Below are positions 11,589-21,857 of a stretch of DNA of 64,000 bases, one piece after another. Every line of letters starts with the position of its first letter. The first letter of the stretch is position 1. The position numbers and the translations under genes were made by a program. The notes below the pieces were generated by a model that saw nothing but the letters and a program-made list of their open reading frames with translations, ran no database searches and was not told the DNA's origin. Source of the stretch: an uncultured Phycisphaeraceae bacterium. GTDB taxonomy: Bacteria; Planctomycetota; Phycisphaerae; Phycisphaerales; UBA1924. Where the stretch lies: assembly GCA_964403525.1 (NCBI GenBank), contig CAYOGE010000012.1, forward strand, positions 15,808 through 79,807, written 5' to 3'.

Positions 11589-12131
11589 ATGGCGCGGATG
11601 GTCTTGCTCCAGCACACCCTGCCCGACGGCACGCACCACTTTGACTGGCTGATCCAGCCCGCCGGCGCCGGACCCGGCTCCCCCTTGGCGAAGTTCGCCG
11701 ATTCCTCAGACCCCGACGACCGTTGCCTCATCTCCTTCCGCGTCATGGACCGGATCGACCACCCCAAGGTCGCCGCTTTCCCGGCCGATGCACTCCCCCT
11801 CCACCGGCGCAAGTACCTCGACTATCAAGGCGACGTTGAGGGCAAGGGAACGGTTCGACGCATCGGCGGCGGCATGGTCCGCAAGGTTGAGATCATGGGG
11901 CACGAGCACGACGGTGCCATGGACGCCATCAGCATCCGCGGCAAGTTCACCAGTGGTGGCCAGGGGCTGGAGTACACTTGGGCCGGCGTCCGCGAGGGCG
12001 ACCTCTGGCAGTTCCGCCGCAGCCAGCCGAACGTGCTGCAGAACAAGTCGACACGCACGCCGGTCGACACCAACCCCCTCACGCGCGACCTCAACGAGGA
12101 CGGCCCGTGGCTGCGACCGGGCATCTTCTAG
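11589..12131 (+). CDS. Hypothetical protein, possibly LigD 3'-phosphoesterase-like (LigD_N-type) domain
   Basis: VLLQHTLPDGTHHFDWLIQ and PLHRRKYLDYQGDVEGKGTVRRIGGG resemble the H-x-H-x-D-F / HR-x-x-Y-x-x-FEG-x-I-x-x-G-G-G pattern of LigD PE domains. This is motif-level similarity only. Confidence 0.4.
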   Translation: MARMVLLQHTLPDGTHHFDWLIQPAGAGPGSPLAKFADSSDPDDRCLISFRVMDRIDHPKVAAFPADALPLHRRKYLDYQGDVEGKGTVRRIGGGMVRKVEIMGHEHDGAMDAISIRGKFTSGGQGLEYTWAGVREGDLWQFRRSQPNVLQNKSTRTPVDTNPLTRDLNEDGPWLRPGIF

Positions 12132-12170
12132 CCCGCCAGCAGGTTGGGCGCAGCGCTGGCGGCCGGCCGC

Positions 12171-13562
12171 TCATCGCTCCGCCCAGCAGAACGCCGCCGG
12201 GCTCACCCACCCGTCCTTGTCGTACGCCCGTACCGCAAAGAAGACATTGTCCTTGCTCACCGGGGTGCGGAACTCGGTGACGTTACCGACATCAACGACC
12301 TCGCGCCAGTCCGCCTCCGTCGTGTCGCGGATCAGCACCTCGTACCCCGCTACATCCGGCTCGGGGGAAGCGTCCCACCGCAGCAGCGTGTCGGTCGAGA
12401 GCTCCTTCGTGACGATCCGCGACTTGCCGGGCGGTGACGGCGCATTGGCCAGGTGCATGAGCGTCGCCACGTTCAGCTGCGCAACCGCAGAAACATACTG
12501 CGGATCGACAAACGAAGGCACATCCCCGTAAGGCTTCCCGTTCTTCTCCGTGACGTCGGCGTGCTGGCGGCTGTAGTCCTCGCCCGGCACAGTAAACCGT
12601 ACCGCCGGAAAGCCGCTCTCGTTAAAGGCCGAGTGATCACCACCGCGCAGAAACCGATCCTGCCGGAAAACCATCACCGGCCGAACACGGACCCCTTCGC
12701 GGGCCGCAACCTCGGGCACGAACCGCGCCAACTGCCGGCTGGGTGAGTCGTTCTCGGCCCCCTCCAGCCGGATCGCCGCAAGTTCCGCCGGGCTCGCGTT
12801 CCGCGGGACACCCTCGCTGAAGACCCGGACGAAGGGAGATCGGGCTGACGCGGCGTCAAGATCGCGTGATCGCGTGCGCCGCTGGGCGTCCAGGTGGCTT
12901 GTCCACACGCGCGGTGACGGGTCCCCCACGATGTCGTTGCTGAGCACGCCCATCACCCGCTCACCCCGCGCGGCCGCATCCTCCGCGTGCCGCCGCGCAC
13001 CGACCAACCCCTGCTCTTCTCCACCAGTGCACAGGAACACGACGGTCGCGTCCAGCCGCTGCGCCGCCAGAGCCCGCGCGCACTCGAGCACCACGGCCAC
13101 CCCCGACGCGTCGTCGTTTGCGCCCGGCGCATCGGACGTCGCGTTCATCTTGTCGCCGTTGATCGAGTCGTAGTGACCGACCACGTAGTAACGCCGAGCC
13201 TCGGCCTCCTTCATCGTCCCAGGCAGCACGGCAACCACGTTGACAACCCTCGCTCCTTCCGGCAGCCGCACCATGCGAGGGACCGCGAACTCCTCCAGTC
13301 GGACCGTCATCCGCCCGCCGGCTGCGCCCGCGGCCTTGTCAAGCTCTGCCTTCAGCCACAGTCGCGCCGCCCCCGTGCCCCGGGCCGGGTCGTCCTCCGA
13401 CGAGAGCGTGTGGCGCGTCCCGAACGCGCAGAGCTTGTCAACCGTCTCTTTGCACCGATCCGCGCTCACCCCAGCGCGGGCGTCGGCCGTCATCGGTTGA
13501 CCACGCGGGCCGGCGAATGGTGGCTGGCAGCAGACAAGCGCAGCGAGCGCGAATTGCAACAT
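12171..13562 (-). CDS. M28-family aminopeptidase with C-terminal fibronectin-III-like domain, secreted
   Basis: HYDS, GANDDASGVA and GGEEQGLVGA zinc-ligand motifs. C-terminal beta-rich region with the WDASPEPDVAGYEV FN3 signature. N-terminal hydrophobic signal. Confidence 0.85.
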   Translation of the reverse strand: MLQFALAALVCCQPPFAGPRGQPMTADARAGVSADRCKETVDKLCAFGTRHTLSSEDDPARGTGAARLWLKAELDKAAGAAGGRMTVRLEEFAVPRMVRLPEGARVVNVVAVLPGTMKEAEARRYYVVGHYDSINGDKMNATSDAPGANDDASGVAVVLECARALAAQRLDATVVFLCTGGEEQGLVGARRHAEDAAARGERVMGVLSNDIVGDPSPRVWTSHLDAQRRTRSRDLDAASARSPFVRVFSEGVPRNASPAELAAIRLEGAENDSPSRQLARFVPEVAAREGVRVRPVMVFRQDRFLRGGDHSAFNESGFPAVRFTVPGEDYSRQHADVTEKNGKPYGDVPSFVDPQYVSAVAQLNVATLMHLANAPSPPGKSRIVTKELSTDTLLRWDASPEPDVAGYEVLIRDTTEADWREVVDVGNVTEFRTPVSKDNVFFAVRAYDKDGWVSPAAFCWAER

Positions 13563-13656
13563 GTCAGCACTTCTCCTTGCAGGGCAGGCGGAACCCGCGT
13601 CAGTGTACCATGTGTCGGATCCCCGTCCCTGCGAATCACCGCGAAAGGAGCGGTCT

Positions 13657-14022
13657 ATGCCCGATCAATCCTCGCTCGTTCATCGATGGGAAACCCTCAC
13701 GCAGGATAACCCCATGCCGCTCCTCTCCCGCAAGCGAGTGATCGGCGAAAACATGATGCTCTCGCACATCACGCTCGCGAAGGGGTGCCACGTGCCAAGC
13801 CACAGCCACGCCAACGAGCAGTTCGCGGTCATCCTGAGCGGCAGGCTCAAGTTCGGGCTCGGTGCGCCAGGCACCAGCGACTACCGCGAGGTCACCGTTT
13901 CGGCGGGCGAGGTGCTCCACCTGCCGCCGAACCTGCCCCACTCGGCCCACGCGCTCGAAGACACCCTCGCGCTCGATATCTTCAGTCCGCCCAGCCAGAA
14001 GACCGGCATCGACCGCGCCTGA
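13657..14022 (+). CDS. Cupin domain protein
   Basis: ATG at 13657 preceded by AAAGGAG. Cupin motifs GCHVPSHSHANEQFAVILSG and GEVLHLPPNLPHSA. Confidence 0.75.
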   Translation: MPDQSSLVHRWETLTQDNPMPLLSRKRVIGENMMLSHITLAKGCHVPSHSHANEQFAVILSGRLKFGLGAPGTSDYREVTVSAGEVLHLPPNLPHSAHALEDTLALDIFSPPSQKTGIDRA

Positions 14023-14049
14023 CGCGTGCGCACGCCGTCCGCTCGCCGC

Positions 14050-15495
14050 TCACGCCGCCGCGGCCGCAGCGGAGGCGGCCGCTCGCACCTCCGCCTCCGT
14101 CAGCAACTTGCCCTCACTTGCCGCGACGACCGCTGCAACCGCCGCATCACCGGAGATGTTCACCACCGTGCGGGCCATGTCGAGCACACGGTCAACGGCC
14201 ATCAGCACCGCGATCCCTTCCGGAGGCACCCCGATCGATTCCAGCACGATCACCATCATCACGATGCTCCCGCCCGGCACGCCGGGCGAACCGACCGCGA
14301 TCAGCGTCGCCAGCATGACGATGCTCGCCTGATCGCCGAGCGTGAGGTGGATGCCGTAGAGCTGTGCCACAAACGTCGCGGCCACCGCCTGGTAAAGCGC
14401 AGTCCCCGCCATGTTCACCGTCGCCCCCAGCGGGCAGACAAAGCTGGTGATCTCGTCCGCCACGCCCAGCCTGTCCCTCGCGCACTCCATCGTCACCGGC
14501 AGCGTCGCCGCCGAGCTGGAGCTCGAGATCGCCAGCAACTGCGCAGGGGCCATCGCCTTGAAGAACCGGCCCAGCCCGATCTTGTTCCCCCGCGGCGTAA
14601 GGGTCCACATGAACGCCGGGTACATCACCGTCAGCACCAGCGCCAGGCCCGCGACAACGACAACGCAGTAAACCAGCAGCGCCCCGAGCACATCCAGCCC
14701 CAGCCCCGCCACCGTCTTGGCCATCAGCGCAAAGACAGCGTACGGCGCCAGCACCATCAGCGCCCGGACGAGCAAGATGAGCGCATCTTGAACGCCGTCG
14801 CACACCCGTACCACGACGTCCGACTTGCTCCGCGGGATCAACGTGAGACCCAGGCCGAGCACGACCGACAGGAACACCACCTGCAGCATCTCGCCGCTCG
14901 CCAGCGCCGCGATCGGGTTCGCCGGCACCACGTCTATCAGCTGTTGCCACACCGAAGTCTCCGAGCGGATCTTCTCCCCTGCCGCGATCCGCGATTGCGC
15001 CCCCGCCGCCTGTGCTGCAAGAAGCTCGACCCGCTTGGCGGGACTCACAAACGCGTCCCCGCCCGGTTTCACCGCGTTGGAAAGCCCGAGCCCGATCACC
15101 GCCGCGGCAACGGTCGTCAGCACGAACCACGCCAGCGTCTTGGTGCCGATCCTCCCGAGCTTGCGCGGGTCACCCAGGCTCGCCACGCCCACAACGAGCG
15201 AGAAAAGCACGATCGGCACCGCGATAAACCGCAGGCACCTCAGGAACAGCTTGCCCGCAAAGTCAGTCAGAGAAGAGGCGAACTTGACCGTCCCCGCGAC
15301 GACCCCCGCGTCGGCGTTCGGGTCCGCCGCGCCCGGCGCAGGCCGCGTCCCGGCCAGATACGCCGCCGAGTCGTTGACGCCCACCGCCGCCCACGTCGCC
15401 GTCGTCCAGAGTTGGTTGGCCACAACACCCGCGATGATGCCCAGCACCAGACCGATCGTGATCTGCCAGTGCAGCGCGATGCCCTTCTTCTTCAT
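14050..15495 (-). CDS. Dicarboxylate/amino acid:cation symporter (DAACS / GltP family)
   Basis: SSSAATLPVTME, NMAGTALYQAVAATFVAQ and DMARTVVNISGDA signatures of the sodium:dicarboxylate symporter family. Multiple TM segments. Confidence 0.9.
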   Translation of the reverse strand: MKKKGIALHWQITIGLVLGIIAGVVANQLWTTATWAAVGVNDSAAYLAGTRPAPGAADPNADAGVVAGTVKFASSLTDFAGKLFLRCLRFIAVPIVLFSLVVGVASLGDPRKLGRIGTKTLAWFVLTTVAAAVIGLGLSNAVKPGGDAFVSPAKRVELLAAQAAGAQSRIAAGEKIRSETSVWQQLIDVVPANPIAALASGEMLQVVFLSVVLGLGLTLIPRSKSDVVVRVCDGVQDALILLVRALMVLAPYAVFALMAKTVAGLGLDVLGALLVYCVVVVAGLALVLTVMYPAFMWTLTPRGNKIGLGRFFKAMAPAQLLAISSSSSAATLPVTMECARDRLGVADEITSFVCPLGATVNMAGTALYQAVAATFVAQLYGIHLTLGDQASIVMLATLIAVGSPGVPGGSIVMMVIVLESIGVPPEGIAVLMAVDRVLDMARTVVNISGDAAVAAVVAASEGKLLTEAEVRAAASAAAAAA

Positions 15496-15555
15496 GCGGG
15501 CAAGATACCAGCACGACCACCCGGTTGCGCGGACCGTCAGCAGGGTTTGCCCACC

Positions 15556-16365
15556 TCAGCTCCGCTGCACCACCACCGCCTCTGGCACCGCCGCCAGCAG
15601 CTTCTTCGTGTACGGGTGCTCGGGCGCGTGCATGATCTGCTCGCGATCCCCCTGCTCCACGATCACCCCAGCTTGCATCACCGCGATGCGGTCGCACATC
15701 TGGTTCACCACCGCCATGTCGTGGCTGATGAACAGGTAGCTCAGCCCCATGTCGCGCTGCAAGTCGGCCAGCAGGTTCAGCACCTGCGCCTGCACGCTCA
15801 CATCCAGAGCGCTCGTCGGCTCGTCGCACACCACCAGCGAAGGCCCCAGCATCAGCGCCCGTGCGATCGCGATCCGCTGCTTCTGCCCGCCCGAAAACTC
15901 GTGCGGGTAGCGTTCCATCGCCGCCGCCGGCATGCCGCAACGCTCCAGCATCTCGCCCGCCCGCTCGCGCGCACGCCTCCGTGCCACCCGAGGCTCGTGC
16001 ACGATCAGCGGCTCACCGACGACCTCCTCAACCCGCATCCGCGGGTTGAGCGAGCCGCCCGGGTCCTGGAACACGATCTGCATGCGATTGCGCAGCTCCG
16101 CCAGCCGCGCCCGCCCAGCGCCGAGCACATCCACCCCGTCAAAAACAACCGTGCCGCCCGTCGCCTGGATCAACCGCAGCACCGCCCGCCCCGCCGTCGT
16201 TTTCCCGCACCCAGACTCGCCCACCAGGCCCAGCGTCTTTCCCGCAGGAACATCAAAGCTCACCCCATCGACCGCGCGGATGTGGTCGGTCACCCGCTGC
16301 AGGACCCCCGTCCGCACCGGAAAGTGCACCCGCAGGTCGCGAACTTGCAGCAAGGGCCCGTTCAT
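15556..16365 (-). CDS. ABC transporter ATP-binding protein (oligo/dipeptide DppF/OppF type), with no cognate permease nearby
   Basis: Walker A GESGCGKTT, signature FSGGQKQR, Walker B LVVCDEPTSALD. ATG at 16365 (M16 of the tracked ORF). Confidence 0.85.
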   Translation of the reverse strand: MNGPLLQVRDLRVHFPVRTGVLQRVTDHIRAVDGVSFDVPAGKTLGLVGESGCGKTTAGRAVLRLIQATGGTVVFDGVDVLGAGRARLAELRNRMQIVFQDPGGSLNPRMRVEEVVGEPLIVHEPRVARRRARERAGEMLERCGMPAAAMERYPHEFSGGQKQRIAIARALMLGPSLVVCDEPTSALDVSVQAQVLNLLADLQRDMGLSYLFISHDMAVVNQMCDRIAVMQAGVIVEQGDREQIMHAPEHPYTKKLLAAVPEAVVVQRS

Positions 16366-16485
16366 CACGGGCCATCCTACTACCCCCAGCCCCCCTCCCG
16401 CCGGGCGCAACGGCTGCGCCCCGCCTGCCGAGGCCCGTCCTCATGGTGAGCTTCCCGCCACCGCTCGGGCCGATACCATCGCCCC

Positions 16486-17250
16486 GTGAACCTCACCCCT
16501 CTGCTGTCCATCCGCGCTGCAGCCCCCGCCGCGCTCGCATGCACCCTCTTGCTCGCCGCGTGCGGCACACCCGCATCGTCGTACAAGAACAAGGGCGACA
16601 TCTATTTCGACGCCGGCCAGAACCAGGTCGCGATCGAGAGCTACGAGCAGTACCTCACACTCCGCGCCGGTGACGAGGCCGCACGCTACAACCTCTCCAA
16701 GGCGTACATGCGTTCGGGCGACTACGCCAAGGCCGCCGAGCACCTGCGCATCCTGCACACCCAGGCCCCGCGCACCCCGGAGTACACCGAAGCGCTCGCC
16801 GATGCCCTGCTCGCCGGTGGCCGGCGCGACGAGCTCTACCGTCTGCTCAAGAGCGAAGCCCTCGAGCAGCAGACCATGGACGACTGGCTGCGTCTGGGCC
16901 GGTTCGCCCTGCGCCAGGGCGACAAGGACACCGCGTTGGTCGCCCTGCTCGCTTCGGCAAAGGTCGATGCCGGTCGCTCGTGGCAGCCCCACGTCACCCT
17001 CTACGACTACTACCGCTCCATGGGCCAGCGCACCGAAGCGGTCCGCCGTCTCCGCATGGCCGCGTGGGTCGCCCCGCGCAACCCCGAGGTCACCCGCCGC
17101 ATCTCAGAGTCTGGCGCCATCAACGGCCCAACCTTCCCCCTCCGCCCCGACGAGTGGGATGCACGCGTGTTCGAAAATCCGCTGCAGCCGTTCAACCCGT
17201 TCGAAGGCAAGGCCCCAGATAGCACGCCCGAGCCTGCCGCAAACAAGTAA
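16486..17250 (+). CDS. TPR-repeat lipoprotein
   Basis: Lipobox LLLAAC after a signal peptide. TPR-like A-x-x-x-Y-x-x-A repeats (YEQYLTLRAGDEAARYNLSKAYMRSGDYAKAAEHL). Confidence 0.75.
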   Translation: MNLTPLLSIRAAAPAALACTLLLAACGTPASSYKNKGDIYFDAGQNQVAIESYEQYLTLRAGDEAARYNLSKAYMRSGDYAKAAEHLRILHTQAPRTPEYTEALADALLAGGRRDELYRLLKSEALEQQTMDDWLRLGRFALRQGDKDTALVALLASAKVDAGRSWQPHVTLYDYYRSMGQRTEAVRRLRMAAWVAPRNPEVTRRISESGAINGPTFPLRPDEWDARVFENPLQPFNPFEGKAPDSTPEPAANK

Positions 17251-17326
17251 CGAGCCCGCAATCCTGGAAGGTTGGGCAAACTGGTGACTCCAGGCGAGGT
17301 CGTTTTCGCCACACTCGATCGATGCC

Positions 17327-17378
17327 TTGACTGTGGCACCCTAGGTAATGTATAGTTCATCCGGATATACGGATGAAC
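17327..17378 (+). promoter_or_regulatory. Putative sigma70-like promoter (TTGACT-18-TATAGT) overlapped by a perfect 9+9 inverted repeat, GTTCATCCG-GATATA-CGGATGAAC
   Basis: TTGACT at 17327-17332 and TATAGT at 17351-17356. The palindrome at 17355-17378 spans the ATG (17373) of the ArsR-type regulator gene. This geometry is typical of an autoregulated repressor operator. Confidence 0.45.
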
Positions 17379-18368
17379 AAGGCCGCCCAAACATCCTTGG
17401 TTGATCGTCTGACCGCTCTCAGCGAGCCGGTCCGCTTGCGCCTGCTGCGACTGCTGGAGAAGGAAGAACTCTCCGTCGGCGAACTCGCCCGAATCGTGCA
17501 ACTCCCGCAGTCAACCGTCAGCCGTCACCTCAAGGTGCTCAGCGACGGCGGCTGGGTCGTCTCGCGCTCTGAGGGCACAAGCACGCTGCTGCGGCTCGTG
17601 CGCGACGACCTCGACCAGGCCCACCGCGCCCTCTGGCACACCGTCCGCGAGCAGATGGGCCCCAGCCCGGAGCTTGACGAAGACAACCGCCGCCTCACCG
17701 GCGTTCTCAACGACCGCCGCGGCGACACGCAGGCCTTCTTCGGGCGCGTCGCAGGGCAGTGGGACGGTGTCCGCCAGGAACTCTTCGGCGACCGCGCCAC
17801 CGTGCAATCGCTGCTGGCGCTCCTCCCGCAGAGCTGGGTCGTCGCCGACATCGGCTGCGGCACCGGCAACGCCGCCGAGGTCCTCGCGCCGCTTGTGGCC
17901 AAGGTCTTCGCGATCGACCAGAGTGACGCGATGCTCGCCGCCGCACAGAAGCGCCTCGCGGGCGTGGCCAACGTCGACTTCCTCCGCGGCGACGTCGAGA
18001 AGCTCCCGCTCAAGAGCGCCAGCGTCGATGCCGCCGTCTGCGTGCTGGTGCTCCACCACATCGAAGACCCAACACTCGCGTGCGCGGAGATGGCCCGGAT
18101 CCTCAAGCCCGGCGGTGTCTGCCTCATCGTCGACATGGTCGAGCACGACCGCGTGCAGTACAAGCACGCGATGGGCCACCGCTGGCTCGGCTTCGGCATC
18201 CCGCAACTGGTGCGCCTGCTCGGCGATGCCGGGCTTGTCGATGTCCGCTTCTCCGTCCTCCCCTCCGCCGCTGAGGCCAAGGGCCCCGGGCTCTTCAGCT
18301 GCACCGCACGCCGCCCGTCCGAGAAAACCACGAACCCCGCGGCCGTTGGCAGGCCGCCACGTTCATAA
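17373..18368 (+). CDS. sahR: ArsR-family HTH fused to a SAM-dependent methyltransferase-like domain (SahR-like regulator of the SAM cycle)
   Basis: N-terminal ArsR HTH ([35 protein letters not shown]). Methyltransferase motif [16 protein letters not shown]. Sits directly upstream of ahcY on the same strand. Confidence 0.7.
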   Translation: MNKAAQTSLVDRLTALSEPVRLRLLRLLEKEELSVGELARIVQLPQSTVSRHLKVLSDGGWVVSRSEGTSTLLRLVRDDLDQAHRALWHTVREQMGPSPELDEDNRRLTGVLNDRRGDTQAFFGRVAGQWDGVRQELFGDRATVQSLLALLPQSWVVADIGCGTGNAAEVLAPLVAKVFAIDQSDAMLAAAQKRLAGVANVDFLRGDVEKLPLKSASVDAAVCVLVLHHIEDPTLACAEMARILKPGGVCLIVDMVEHDRVQYKHAMGHRWLGFGIPQLVRLLGDAGLVDVRFSVLPSAAEAKGPGLFSCTARRPSEKTTNPAAVGRPPRS

Positions 18369-18468
18369 AACCCGCGCCCCGCAGGTCCGAACCGTTCCTC
18401 GCCGATCTCAACCGTCCTCATCCGCTCTTCAAGGCTCACCCCACACGACGTTTTTCAAGGAACCCGCC

Positions 18469-20043
<1,575 letters not shown>

Positions 20044-20089
20044 TCGGTCGTTACCCGCGACCCGGGCGGAACCAGCCACTGCAAAGAAG

Positions 20090-20117
20090 AGGCCCGCGCC
20101 GACCACGGCGCGGGCCT
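20090..20117. terminator. Bidirectional intrinsic terminator between ahcY and the convergent stress-protein gene
   Basis: AGGCCCGCGCCG-ACCA-CGGCGCGGGCCT, a 12-bp perfect stem. Followed by TTCAAAT on the plus strand and TCTTCTTTGC on the minus strand. Confidence 0.65.
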
Positions 20118-20198
20118 TTCAAATAGTGCGCAAACGGCTCGCCCGGCAACAGGCACGAGAACGACCGGATCAGGGCCGGTCGAACGCGTCAGCAGCGA

Positions 20199-20786
20199 TC
20201 AACCCGCCGTCGGATGCTTCGCCGCGTCAACCTTGCCGCTCGTTGACGACGATGCGTTCGACTCGCGCGCAGCCGCAGACTGCTCAACACGCTCCCAGGC
20301 TGCGCGTGACGCGTGCCTGGCCTGCTCCCAGTCAAGCGTCGATTCGCCCCTGGCCTGCTTCCAACCGCGCCCAAGGTCCGCCTCCGCGGTGTCAAACGTC
20401 CGCGTCGAGCCGTCCTTGCTGCCGTAGCTCTCCCAGCCGTACCGATAGGCCGGCGCGTACTGGTCATAGCCGATCACCCTGTCGGCGTACGGCCGGCTCG
20501 CGTGATTGTCCTGCCAGTACTTCGTCTCGATCGTGGGGTTGAGCACCTCGGCCGTGGCCTTGCCGGCGATGCCGCCCGCTACAGCGCCGACGATCGCTCC
20601 GGCAACCGCACCGACCGGGCCGGCCACCGCGCCGCCCACTGCGCCGGCCGCGGCGCCCACGCCGACCGCTCCGATTCCGGTGCCGATCGGATGGTCGCCG
20701 GTAACCCCGGCGATCGGGTTCTCCTTGTGCGCTTTGCTGATATCGGTCGCCTTGTTTCCGTTCACGTCGCGAGAGTCTGAGGCCAT
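20199..20786 (-). CDS. Glycine-zipper stress-type protein
   Basis: ATG at 20786 preceded by AAGGAG. GxxxG-rich zipper GIGAVGVGAAAGAVGGAVAGPVGAVAGAIVGAVAGGIAG. C-terminal YAPAYRYGWESY...W...AW domain, as seen in general-stress proteins. Confidence 0.65.
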   Translation of the reverse strand: MASDSRDVNGNKATDISKAHKENPIAGVTGDHPIGTGIGAVGVGAAAGAVGGAVAGPVGAVAGAIVGAVAGGIAGKATAEVLNPTIETKYWQDNHASRPYADRVIGYDQYAPAYRYGWESYGSKDGSTRTFDTAEADLGRGWKQARGESTLDWEQARHASRAAWERVEQSAAARESNASSSTSGKVDAAKHPTAG

Positions 20787-21053
20787 GAGGAGCTCCTTCG
20801 AAGTGGCCCGGGGCTCGACGTCCCGGACCGGGTTTGAGCGGTGCCGTGGCCAGGCAGCCACGGCAACCGCCGTTGTTGCGAACACTCGACCGCGCCTCTG
20901 CCGCGATGCCCGCGAGAACGGGCAGCGCCCGCGCACGCTCCGGCGCTGTCGCGCCACCGCGCAGCAGAAAGCGATACACACATCATGCGTGCACCGACGC
21001 CCGGCGGCAATGACGGAAACATGCTCGATCGCGTGGGCGCGATGCGGGCGGTC

Positions 21054-21857
21054 TCAGGCCTGCGCCAGCCCCTCGCGGATCGCGAACCGCATCAGGTTCG
21101 CGCGGTCCGCGATGCCGAGCTTCTTCATCATCCGGTCCTGATGACCGTCGATCGTCTTGGCGCTGCGGCAAAGCTGCTCCGCGATCTGCGTGCGGTTCAG
21201 CCCCTTGCCTATCAGCCGCAGGATCTCCACCTCGCGCCCGGTCAACGAGTCCAGCAGCGTGATCGGTGCGCCCACGAACAGCTTGTCGTTGCGGCGCGGC
21301 GCTGCGACGCGGCTCAGTCCCCCGCGCCTCGGCGGCGCGCCCGGCAGGCAGCGCTCACGCACCTTCGGGCCCAGCAGAAAGGTCCCCGGCTGCCGGCGCA
21401 TGACCGTCCTGATGCCGCTGACGATGTCATCAAGCTCGTCGGACTTTGCGAAGTACGCGCACACCCCGGCGGCGAACGACGCCGAGACGAACGCGTCGCG
21501 GATGTGCGCACTCAGCACGATCACACGCACAGCGGGGTGCAACTGCCGCAGACGGCTCGCGGCCTCGAACGCGTCCGGACCCGGCATCTCGATGTCCAGC
21601 AGCACCGCGCTCGGCGCGAGCCTCGCGACCGTCTCAAGCAGAAGGGCGGCGCTCGCGAGCCTTCCGATAACCTCAAACTCCCCATCGATCGCAAACTGGG
21701 CCTTGAGCCCCTCGACAAGCACGGCGTGGTCGTCGACGCAGAGAATCCGCACGGCCTCGGACGCGCCGCGGCGTGGGGCGGGTGAAGCCTCTGCGTTGGC
21801 GTGCAGGCCGACCCGCGCTGCGCGCCCGGAACTGGGTGTGTATTCGGCGCGGCTCAT
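21054..21857 (-). CDS. Response regulator, NarL/FixJ (LuxR HTH) family
   Basis: REC domain (ILCVDDH..., VLLDIEMPG). C-terminal LuxR HTH LTGREVEILRLIGKGLNRTQIAEQLCRSAKTIDGHQDRMMKKLG. Its ATG overlaps the upstream kinase stop as ATGA. Confidence 0.85.
   Translation of the reverse strand: MSRAEYTPSSGRAARVGLHANAEASPAPRRGASEAVRILCVDDHAVLVEGLKAQFAIDGEFEVIGRLASAALLLETVARLAPSAVLLDIEMPGPDAFEAASRLRQLHPAVRVIVLSAHIRDAFVSASFAAGVCAYFAKSDELDDIVSGIRTVMRRQPGTFLLGPKVRERCLPGAPPRRGGLSRVAAPRRNDKLFVGAPITLLDSLTGREVEILRLIGKGLNRTQIAEQLCRSAKTIDGHQDRMMKKLGIADRANLMRFAIREGLAQA

Noticed and set aside
11258-12170. Genomic island or integrase at the tRNA-Phe locus
   Set aside because: No integrase, no direct repeat of the tRNA 3' end and no compositional shift were seen next to the tRNA. 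The neighbouring ORFs have native GC.
14026-16449. 807-aa plus-strand ORF
   Set aside because: It is antisense to the DAACS symporter and the ABC ATPase. Extremely Arg/His/Pro-rich with no domain signatures.
17674-18468. 5' extension of the ahcY ORF (tracked from 17674)
   Set aside because: It overlaps the sahR-like gene out of frame and translates to Ser/Arg/Pro/Thr junk. The conserved AhcY sequence starts near 18469.
18369-18468. SAH riboswitch upstream of ahcY
   Set aside because: The 100-nt leader shows no pseudoknot-like conserved SAH-riboswitch features that I can recognise. A protein regulator (SahR-like) is encoded immediately upstream instead. I cannot fully exclude it without a covariance-model scan.
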